From an uncultured Bacilli bacterium (GTDB lineage Bacteria > Bacillota_I > Bacilli_A > RF39 > UBA660): a DNA stretch of 38,369 nucleotides. The stretch covers positions 1 through 38,369 of the forward strand of contig CANRCI010000002.1 of NCBI GenBank assembly GCA_947629075.1, written 5' to 3'. A model generated the notes under the pieces. It made no database searches, was not told where the DNA came from, and saw only the letters and a list, made by a program, of their open reading frames with translations. Of this stretch, positions 26,222-34,900 are shown in pieces (the stretch's first letter is position 1; every line of letters starts with the position of its first letter). The translations under genes and the position numbers were made by a program.

Positions 26222-26250
26222 AAAAGCTACTATAAATAGTAGCTTTTTTT
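26222..26250 (+). terminator. Intrinsic terminator/attenuator about 20 nt upstream of the ABC exporter start
   Basis: AAAAGCTACTA-TAAA-TAGTAGCTTTT perfect 11-bp stem plus T-run. There is no room for a promoter before RBS AAGGAGG (26256-26262). Confidence 0.75.
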
Positions 26251-26271
26251 ATGTTAAGGAGGTAATGATCT

Positions 26272-27996
26272 ATGAAGAATAACAATTTAATTTTTAAATA
26301 TTTAAAAGATGAAAAATTAAAAGTTTTTGTTTATGTTATCTTAGTATTAACTTCTTATATACCAACTTTAGGAGCAGCCTTCTTTTGGGGATTAGCTCTT
26401 GAAAAATTAATTATCAGAGATTTTAATAATTTTGTAATATATCTTGCTCTATGGGAAGGTATTTATATCTTGTTCTATGCTGTATTATCAGTACCTAGAG
26501 ATTATATATATAACGTTATAGAGATTAAATTTACTAGAAATGTTATGAAGGATTTATATCATAAAGTATCTAATTTACCAGCGATTGCTTTTGAAGATAT
26601 CGGTGTTGGTGAATTTATTAACAGGATGTATACAGATCCAGAACGTATTATGGAATTGTTATCTAAACTTATTAGAATGACTTGTCGTGCTTTTGTTGTT
26701 TTAGCTGTTACCGTAATAGCTTTTAATGTTTCTTTAATACTAGGAGTAGAAATAATTATTTTCGGAATAATAATGGGATTTATTTCGTATAAGTTCTTTC
26801 CAAAGATTAAGAAAACTCAAGAAAGTATTAAGAAAGAAACAGATAAATATGTTAAAACTGCTACTGAAAACTTGAGTGGGATAAGAGAGATTAAGTCTTT
26901 AGGTATTAAGAAGAATATTGAGAATCGTATTAATAATAATCTTAATAAATTGTTTGAGAATTCGAAAAAGATTAAGAATAATGAAATAATTTATTATAAT
27001 TTAAACAATCTTACTTATTTCGTATTACAATTCATCATTCTATTTACTTGTGGTAAATTATTTATGGATGGAGTTATGAGTTATAGTACATTCATTATAA
27101 TTGAATCATATATATGGCGAATTGATGAAGTTGTCGAAAGTATTAGTGATTTTGGAGTAAGTTATAATAAAGTTAAGGTATCGATGAAGAGAATCGGTGA
27201 AATATTAAATAATGAGTTATATCTAGATGAGAAGTTTGGAAACGAAGAAATAAGTAATCCTGAGGGAATAATTGAGTTTAAAAATGTTAAATTTAAATAT
27301 CGTCCTGAGGAAGAAGAGACTTTGAAAAACCTAAATTTAAAGATTGATACTAATAAAAAGGTTGCAATAGTTGGACGAAGTGGTAATGGTAAGTCGACAA
27401 TATTTAATTTGTTACTTAGATATTTTGACGCTACTAGTGGAAAGATATTAATCGATGGAATTGATATTAAAGATTTAACTGAAGAATCACTTCGTAATAA
27501 TATCTCAATAATTAGACAAAGTCCATTTTTATTTAATATGAGTATTAAAGATAATTTTAGATTAGTAAAAGATGATGTAACATTGGATGAAATAAAAGAA
27601 GTGTGTAAGAGGGCTTATATCGATGATTATATTGAGTCTTTACCTAATGGTTATGATACTGTTATAGGTGAAGGTGGTATAAACTTGAGTGGTGGACAAA
27701 AACAAAGAATTGCTATAGCTAGGACTTTGCTTTTAAATACAAAAATCATTTTATTTGATGAAGCAACTAGTGCTTTAGATAATGAATCACAAGACTATAT
27801 TAAAAAAACGATTGATAATTTAGTAAAAGATCATACAGTTGTCATCGTTGCTCATCGTCTATCAACGATAATGGATGCGGATATCATTCATGTAATCGAA
27901 AAGGGAAGATTAGAGGCTTCTGGTACACATAAACAATTGTTAAAGACATCAAAGGCTTATAACAGTCTATATAAGACAGAATCCTTAAATTCATAA
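26272..27996 (+). CDS. ABC exporter, fused permease/ATPase half-transporter (type I exporter fold)
   Basis: Six-TM N-terminal domain. Walker A GRSGNGKST, Q-loop IIRQSP, signature LSGGQKQR, Walker B ILFDEATSALD, H-loop VAHRLST. No C39 peptidase domain. Confidence 0.9.
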   Translation: MKNNNLIFKYLKDEKLKVFVYVILVLTSYIPTLGAAFFWGLALEKLIIRDFNNFVIYLALWEGIYILFYAVLSVPRDYIYNVIEIKFTRNVMKDLYHKVSNLPAIAFEDIGVGEFINRMYTDPERIMELLSKLIRMTCRAFVVLAVTVIAFNVSLILGVEIIIFGIIMGFISYKFFPKIKKTQESIKKETDKYVKTATENLSGIREIKSLGIKKNIENRINNNLNKLFENSKKIKNNEIIYYNLNNLTYFVLQFIILFTCGKLFMDGVMSYSTFIIIESYIWRIDEVVESISDFGVSYNKVKVSMKRIGEILNNELYLDEKFGNEEISNPEGIIEFKNVKFKYRPEEEETLKNLNLKIDTNKKVAIVGRSGNGKSTIFNLLLRYFDATSGKILIDGIDIKDLTEESLRNNISIIRQSPFLFNMSIKDNFRLVKDDVTLDEIKEVCKRAYIDDYIESLPNGYDTVIGEGGINLSGGQKQRIAIARTLLLNTKIILFDEATSALDNESQDYIKKTIDNLVKDHTVVIVAHRLSTIMDADIIHVIEKGRLEASGTHKQLLKTSKAYNSLYKTESLNS

Positions 27997-28021
27997 GAGA
28001 AAAGTTTTTTCTCTTTTTTTG
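27995..28021 (+). terminator. Intrinsic terminator after ABC exporter
   Basis: AGAGAAAA-GTT-TTTTCTCT plus T-run. Confidence 0.75.
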
Positions 28022-28067
28022 GTAGATAAATATTTAAAAAAGAATTACAATAATGTTGAGTGATAAT

Positions 28068-28592
28068 ATGAAGACAATGATAATATCTGATATACATGGA
28101 TATAGTAAAAAGTTAAAAAGAGTAATCGAGATATTTAATGAAACTAATTGTGAACGATTAATTGTTTTAGGAGATATTTTAACACCGGGAAGTGAGGCTG
28201 GTGAAGTTAAGAAAATTCTTAACAGTATGCGAAGTGTCATGCTTTGTATGAGAGGTAATAATGATCGTTATATCTTTCCTGGTGAATTAGATTTTAACTT
28301 GATAGATGGTTATTTAAATATTAAGTTGGATGATAATAATGTCTATATAACTCATGGTGATCAATATAACAAAAGTCGTTGTCCTTTTGTTGAGGTTGGC
28401 AATATATTTATTCAGGGTCACAGTCACATTGCTTGGATGTTTAAAGAAAATGGTAAATATTTTTTAAATCCTGGTTCGGTATGTCTAGCTAGAGATCATA
28501 CTGGTGGCAGTTTTATTATTTATGAAGATAATAAATTTTATTTATATGATTTAGATATGAATCTCTTAAATTTTATTGAGATAGATAAATGA
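28068..28592 (+). CDS. YfcE-like metallophosphoesterase (calcineurin-like superfamily)
   Basis: MIISDIHG, LGDIL, RGNND, THGD and GHSH occur in canonical MPP order. Start is ATG 28068 or 28053; neither has a strong RBS. Confidence 0.8.
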   Translation: MKTMIISDIHGYSKKLKRVIEIFNETNCERLIVLGDILTPGSEAGEVKKILNSMRSVMLCMRGNNDRYIFPGELDFNLIDGYLNIKLDDNNVYITHGDQYNKSRCPFVEVGNIFIQGHSHIAWMFKENGKYFLNPGSVCLARDHTGGSFIIYEDNKFYLYDLDMNLLNFIEIDK

Positions 28593-28616
28593 TGTATAGG
28601 AGTGAGGTGATTAATT

Positions 28617-29702
28617 TTGATCGATACTACTACCCCATATTTTAAAGAAGATCTATTGGATATGAAGGATGATTTAGAATATGAAAAACTAAAGAAGGGT
28701 GAATATGATTCTGGTGATATTGCTTTGGTTAGAGTAACGGATGTATTTCCTTATGATGGAGTTATTCATTCACTATCTAACGTTCCGTTTGTTCATAAGA
28801 TAAATGATCTTCCTCATGAAGTTGCAGTTACCAACATTTTGAATTTAGATGAAAAAAAGCAAGGTTTGAGTATGAGTGAGCAAATCGATTTAACTCACGA
28901 GATATCAGAACAAGCTAGAGAGTATAGTCCATATTCAACTCAATATCGCTCAACTGTGCATTTCTGTCTAAATGGTGTTGTCTCTCCGCATATTATGGGA
29001 CAAGATTTAGTGGGAAGACCATACGCCATTATCGATTTTCAAAAACATCACGAAAGTGATACTAATATAGTTGCTGTCCGTGGAGAAGATACTTATTTTG
29101 AAGATCAGTTCAATTTGTCACCGGATGCTATCGTTTTGGTCGATGAAAAATATGTTGATAATTTAGCAAACCAAAATATAACTGGTAATTTTAAAGTTCA
29201 AGTTTATCGAGGAGATCAAAAACTAGCGGTGGAAAAGGTTTTGCTTGATAATGGTATCGTTCCAGAAACTATTGGGACCGACTACATTCTTTCGTCACCT
29301 ACTTCCTCTATGATAGGTGATTATATCGACTCTAAAGGTTATGCTCAAGATAAACACTGCTATTCTATGAATTATCGACATGACGATGAAAAAAATCTCG
29401 ATTTGTGGGATAAATATGCTAAGGATTTTTACAATTATTTATACGAACAGGTATATGGGGATAAGACTAATTATCTAGACGATATCAATTATTTATCTAA
29501 AGCTGGAATTTATGATAGAGAAGCTTTTAATAAGTTGAGTAATTTTATTAATTCCATTGGTGTAGATAAATATAAAAAGATAGTAGATAGTTATAATAAT
29601 GCCATTCTGGAGCGAGTAAAGAGTGGGAGTTATCCCAATAATAAAGAAATATTAGATGGTGCATCTTTGGGAATGGAATTGTGTAATAAACAGGTAAAAT
29701 AA
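28617..29702 (+). CDS. Hypothetical cytoplasmic protein (361 aa), no family recognised
   Basis: TTG start 6 nt after GAGGTGA, long clean ORF, no TM or signal peptide, ends at a bidirectional terminator. Confidence 0.6.
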   Translation: MIDTTTPYFKEDLLDMKDDLEYEKLKKGEYDSGDIALVRVTDVFPYDGVIHSLSNVPFVHKINDLPHEVAVTNILNLDEKKQGLSMSEQIDLTHEISEQAREYSPYSTQYRSTVHFCLNGVVSPHIMGQDLVGRPYAIIDFQKHHESDTNIVAVRGEDTYFEDQFNLSPDAIVLVDEKYVDNLANQNITGNFKVQVYRGDQKLAVEKVLLDNGIVPETIGTDYILSSPTSSMIGDYIDSKGYAQDKHCYSMNYRHDDEKNLDLWDKYAKDFYNYLYEQVYGDKTNYLDDINYLSKAGIYDREAFNKLSNFINSIGVDKYKKIVDSYNNAILERVKSGSYPNNKEILDGASLGMELCNKQVK

Positions 29703-29723
29703 AAAGGAGATTTTCTCCTTTTT
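29701..29723. terminator. Bidirectional intrinsic terminator shared by convergent genes
   Basis: AAAAAGGAGA-TTT-TCTCCTTTTT: perfect 10-bp stem with an A-run and a T-run on the two sides. Confidence 0.8.
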
Positions 29724-29724
29724 A

Positions 29725-30996
29725 TTATCCAACATATTCAAAACCTAGCCATTGACTGTTGAAAGCATTGTCTTTAGACATTTGCCAAATAGTACTTCCA
29801 CCACTGTTGAATTTCATGGTTAAGAATGTTGTCATTGAACCGTAGTACTCTTGCTGAGTTTGTGAATAAGTACAATCAGTATCTAACTTTTTAGTAGCAC
29901 TATTTGGATCATCTCCAGTGTAGTGACACTTACCATTTGGTGAAAGAGTAATTGTAATATTGATGTTATCCATTGGTAAGTTCTTATATTTACCGTATTT
30001 TAAACGATATTTACCAATTTTATAACCTTGAGCTAACTCTTTAGCTTCAGCTTCTTTTCTAGCTTTTTCTTCGGCTTCTTTTTTCTTTTTAACTTCTTCT
30101 TCAGCCTTTTTCATTTCTTCATGTTTTTCCTCAACAGTTTGAACGGCTTCTTTAACTTTTTCTTCTACTTTATCAGTAACAGTTTCGTCTTGGGTAACAT
30201 AATTTTCAACACCAGTTGTGATACTTTCTTTTAATTCTTTATCATCTGATTCTAAATCGAAATCAACAGATTTGTCTTCAGTTTCTACTTCGACAAAAGT
30301 TTCATCAAATTTAGGAATGGATACTTCGTTACCATTGACATCAGTAACCGAAGATTTCTCTCCTTCTTTAAAAGTGTACTCTTGATTAGCTTCTTTTTCC
30401 TCTACTTTGTCTTCCTCTTCATCTTTGTTCTCTTCAGTACTACTGCTTTCATCTTTGCTGTCCTGTGCATTTTCCTCTTTCCATTTTTTTTCTGCTTCTT
30501 CTTGAGCTACATTTAAATCTTCAATTTGACTACCTAGTGATGAATAAACTTCACTGCCATCTCTAGTAGTATGAGTATAGTAATCATATTCCTTTTTTTC
30601 GATGTTGTATAAGAATTCGATTACCATTTTGTTAGAATAAATCATCGTCGTGATACTATCGTTCTTTATGTAATATATGTTGGTATATGTCTCGTTGTTT
30701 TTATCATAAGAAATAGCCATAACGGGATCTTCAACATTTTTAACCTCATAGAAGTTAACTTTAGCTTTCTTCATGTCTTTAGGAAGATTAGCTTCTTCAT
30801 ATTTCTTATTTTCTTTTATATCCTTTAGATATAAATAATATGTTTGTCCCCACTCTTTGGCAATTGGTTTTTGTTCGTCGAGATATTTTTTTATGAAAAT
30901 AGCACTAACTATACCAACCACGATTAGGATAGGAACTACAATCATCAATACTTTTTTGATTGTACTCTTTTTATTCTTTTCCTTTTTCTTTTTCAT
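29725..30996 (-). CDS. Membrane-anchored hypothetical protein with acidic and KE-rich coiled-coil regions (423 aa)
   Basis: The only convincing minus-strand gene. Strong RBS AAGGAGG. K-rich N-terminus plus TM (VLMIVVPILIVVGIVSAIFI), acidic stretch (DSKDESSSTEENKDEEEDKVEEKE), EEVKKKKEAEEKARKEAEAKE, and a beta-rich C-terminal domain. Confidence 0.7.
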   Translation of the reverse strand: MKKKKEKNKKSTIKKVLMIVVPILIVVGIVSAIFIKKYLDEQKPIAKEWGQTYYLYLKDIKENKKYEEANLPKDMKKAKVNFYEVKNVEDPVMAISYDKNNETYTNIYYIKNDSITTMIYSNKMVIEFLYNIEKKEYDYYTHTTRDGSEVYSSLGSQIEDLNVAQEEAEKKWKEENAQDSKDESSSTEENKDEEEDKVEEKEANQEYTFKEGEKSSVTDVNGNEVSIPKFDETFVEVETEDKSVDFDLESDDKELKESITTGVENYVTQDETVTDKVEEKVKEAVQTVEEKHEEMKKAEEEVKKKKEAEEKARKEAEAKELAQGYKIGKYRLKYGKYKNLPMDNINITITLSPNGKCHYTGDDPNSATKKLDTDCTYSQTQQEYYGSMTTFLTMKFNSGGSTIWQMSKDNAFNSQWLGFEYVG

Positions 30997-31103
30997 TAGT
31001 TTCCTCCTTACATTTAATATATCATAATATTTTTTAATGTGATATATAAAAATTATATTCTGTTATATAGATATATTATACTCAATAGATATAGGAGAAT
31101 TTT

Positions 31104-31529
31104 ATGAAAGTATTAAGTATTGAAGAACCTTTTGCTACTTTGATAGCAAGCGAAATTAAAAGAATTGAAACTAGGAGTTGGAAAACTAATTATAGGGGAG
31201 AGATCTTTATTCATGCGAGTGGTAAAACGCTTTCTAAGGGATTAAATGATTCAGTATTGGCTTTAATAGAAGGCTTAGATATGAATTATGGTAATATCAT
31301 CTGTCGTTGTAATTTAGTTGATTGCATTTATATGGACGAGGTGTTTTTGAAAAAATTAAAACAAAATCCTATTGAATATAGTTGTGGTGATTACCAAATT
31401 GGTAGATATGCTTGGGTTTTAGAAGATGTTGAATTAATAGAGCCCATCACTGCCAAGGGACAACTAGGAATTTGGAATTTTAGTGGTAATTATAAGTTAA
31501 AAGATGCTGATAAAAGGTCGGTTAATTAG
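31104..31529 (+). CDS. ASCH domain protein (PUA-like fold)
   Basis: MKVLSIEEPFATLIASEIKRIETRSWKTNYRGEIFIHAS matches the ASCH N-terminal pattern. 141 aa. RBS TAGGAGA. Confidence 0.7.
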   Translation: MKVLSIEEPFATLIASEIKRIETRSWKTNYRGEIFIHASGKTLSKGLNDSVLALIEGLDMNYGNIICRCNLVDCIYMDEVFLKKLKQNPIEYSCGDYQIGRYAWVLEDVELIEPITAKGQLGIWNFSGNYKLKDADKRSVN

Positions 31530-31531
31530 CC

Positions 31532-31576
31532 TTATTGACACGAAAAAACTCGATATTTTTCTTTTTTTGTCAATAA
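31532..31576. repeat. Nested inverted repeat after the ASCH gene
   Basis: TTATTGACA (31532-31540) / TGTCAATAA (31568-31576), enclosing GAAAAA (31542-31547) / TTTTTC (31556-31561). Confidence 0.6.
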
Positions 31577-31738
31577 TGCGTAAAAATTGTGTAAATATAT
31601 ATACAGAATGCTTCTAATAACTATAGGAGTAATGATATAATAAAAGGTAAGAAAGACCTATATTTAATAAGTGTTTGAGTTATATTTATGGAGTAATAAA
31701 TTTGATAGCTATTAAATCGTCTTTTTTTTAAATGATAG

Positions 31739-31767
31739 TTGAAAAAAAACTAATTACATGCTATAAT
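31739..31767 (+). promoter_or_regulatory. Near-consensus sigma-A promoter with extended -10 for the giant surface-protein gene
   Basis: TTGAAA (31739-31744), 17-nt spacer ending TGc, TATAAT (31762-31767). Implies a 5' UTR of about 165 nt. Confidence 0.65.
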
Positions 31768-31939
31768 ATTGTAAATTTTTAGGGGTTGGATATGTAGTCT
31801 CTATAAATTTTATGAAAAAAATGCTGAGAAATATATGTTTAACATACATTTAAAATAGTAAGTAAAATATATTAAAGTATGGATGATGTATTCGAATAAA
31901 TGATATGTAATTGAATTTAGAAGGGATATGTGAAGTATT

Positions 31940-34900
31940 ATGAGTAGGAAAATTAAGTATTTAATAGTTTTAATTTTATCTATTGTTTTATTACCACTTA
32001 ATGTATATGCTGCTGAGGATGTAGCGTTAAAAGTAGATAAAACAGAATTAAAAGCAGGAGATGCGGTTACTGTTACGGTCGATTTAAATTACAGTGATTC
32101 TTTATATGCTTTTACTACTGCTCTTAGTTTTGATGAGAATGTTTTTGAAGTACCAGAGGTTCAAAATTTTAAAGAACAGGGTGAATGGTCAGATGTTACT
32201 TACAACAAAGATAATAAAAAGTTTGCTCTATTGAATAAATCTGGAGAAGCTAAAGAACATTTACTTACAGTAAAACTATTTGTTAAAGATAATCCGGTAT
32301 CTGGAGAGACTGAGATATCTTTGAACAATCCAGTTGCCTCTGATGGGGAAAAAGATATTAATTTTAATAATGCTAGTGCGACAGTGACAATTAAAAAGAC
32401 TGGTAAAGAAGGTCAAGCTAGTTATTCTAAAAAAGATGAAACTGATCAAAATGTTAAAACGGTTAGAACATTTAAACCATTTATAATTGTTGGTAGTGTT
32501 TCTGTTGTTTTGTTATTTGTTGCCATTGTTTTAGTTAATTCTGGCCTTTTGAAAAAGTCATTGATCAAAGATGACAATAAAAAGACTACTAATATAGTTT
32601 TGATTGTACTTCTATTAGTTGCTTTAGCAATTACCGTTCTTTTAGTCATTCTAAATGGTGATAGAGGAGATATAAATGGTGACGGTAAAAAAGATTACGA
32701 GGATGCTAAAAATATTAATGAGTACTTAATTGATATTTATAATGATGAAGATGATGAAGTAGATAAAAAAGAAGTATCTGATAAAACAAGTAAAACTGAT
32801 AAAGAAAAGCAAGCTACTAAAGTTACTAGTGCTAATGATATAAAGAAGTTTGATGTCAATAACGATGGTAAAATCACTATAACTGATGTTGCTCAACAGG
32901 TTAAAGATACTACTAAAAAGACTAATTATAAAGTTGAATTAAAACAGGGTAAAATCGATTATTATCCTAATAAAAAAGAGAGTGTTAAATTAAATTTCAC
33001 GGCTAAAATAACCCCTAATAATGTCCAAATAAAAGAAGTTTATATCAATGGTAAGAAAACGAAAGTAAGTTTAGATGGAAAAACTTATTCCGTAACTGTA
33101 AAAGCTTCTAGTAAAGCAGGAATTGAAGAGTTTAAGATTACTAAAGTTGTTTTAACTAATGGAAGAGAAATCGATACTAAAGATTTAACTTTTACAGTTG
33201 ATGTTTTAAAAGATAATCCTAAAGTAGAGAACTTTAATTATAGTATTGAAAAGCATAATCTTAGTTTCACAATTGAGGATGCTGATAAAGCTCTTAAAAA
33301 TGCTTATATAAAAATTATCAAAGGTGAAGCTAAAATTTCTGATTTTAATACTAAAGATCCTGAAATTGTTGTGCCTGATGATGTAGATCCTGATGACGAA
33401 GACTCTGATGTTAAACAACCAGATGATTTTGAGCCAAAAGAAGTTGTTTTTGAACAAAAAATAGATGTCAATAAGAAGAATATTTCAATCGATCTTGATC
33501 TGGATTTAGGTGAGACTTATACCGTATTGATTACTGGAAGTTATGATTTAGATACTAATAAATTAGATATAAAAAGTAACAATTATCAAGATCAAGAATT
33601 ATATTTTGGTACTTTCTTAAATGGTCAAGTTAAAATTAGAACGTTAACTGATTTAGAGAATTTGTATCCTGAACAAGGAGAAATGGTTATCTTGCCATTT
33701 GAAGTAGATATACAACCAAATACTTTAAGCCAAATTATTTCTAAAGTTGTGTTAGATGGTGTTGAACAAGATGTTGCTTATGATGATGGGCGTTATTTTG
33801 TCGTTTTAGATAGTGCCGATAGTGCTGGTGAAAAGAGTCATACGATAAGTTCTATTATTTTAGATGACAATACAAGAATTTTGTGCAATTACGAAATCGT
33901 CTACGATGTTCTTAAAAAAGAACCTAATTTTGCTAATTTCGTGTATTACGATAGCGAAGGAAAAGTTACATTTAAATTAGATGACGTCGATGGAGCTATT
34001 AGCGATGCTAAAATGATTATAACTAAAAAAGATGAAAGCGACCCTGTTTTTGAAAAAGATTTAAATTTAAATGCTAAGACTTTTGAATACAATGTAAAAC
34101 TTGATAAAGGATCTAAATATGATGTTAAAATAAATGGTCATTACGATTTAGATGAAGACAAAGACAATGATAAAAATGATTACACTGGTACATTAGCTAC
34201 TCATGAATTGACAGTTTATAAGATTGAATTATCACATGCTGGATCATCTGTTTACCATGCTAATAAAGGTGATGAAGTAGAATTAAAATTCAATACCGTA
34301 GTAACTCCAAATGATAATGGTGGAGCAGTTACAAGACTTACTATTAATGGTAAAGATTATTCTCGCGTAAATCGTTATGAAGATGAGGGTAATGTAACTT
34401 ATGGTGTTGTAATTGATGCTCCTGATGTAGCAGGAATTAAAGAGTATAAAATTGACGAAGTTACATTGGGTGATGAAGCTGTACGTCAAAATTTAAGTTT
34501 TGATGTCGATGTATTAAAAGATGTTCCAACAATAGAAAACTTATATATAGATGAAACCAAAGCAGAACCAGTTGTTACTTTTGACATAATAGATAACGAT
34601 AATGCTCTAAAAGAAAATTCTGGAGAGACAGTAGTTAGAAAAAATAAAAGTGACGATGGTACAAAATTTAATGTTCAAAAAGGTGAAAACACTGTAAGTT
34701 TAAAGACTTTATCTGAACAGTTAAACGAAGGTGGAATTTTCTATATGGATGTTAAAGTTAATTATGACTTGGACTCCGATAAAGAAAATGGAAAAAATGA
34801 AGACTCTAAACTTTTGGTTGATGATCACATAATTAAAATTTATAAAGCTAAACTTGAGTTAGCTAGTAAAGATAAATACTATTTCAAAAAAGAAGAGACT

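Noticed and set aside
16365-31940. Mobile element, prophage or genomic-island boundaries around the accessory region
   Set aside because: No integrase, transposase or recombinase genes, no tRNA, and no flanking direct repeats found. Base composition looks similar to the housekeeping block by eye.
32446-34489. Three minus-strand ORFs (32446-32649, 33206-33457, 34283-34489), the only track entries after 31529
   Set aside because: They are antisense shadows of the giant + strand ORF, which the track omits only because its stop lies beyond the window.
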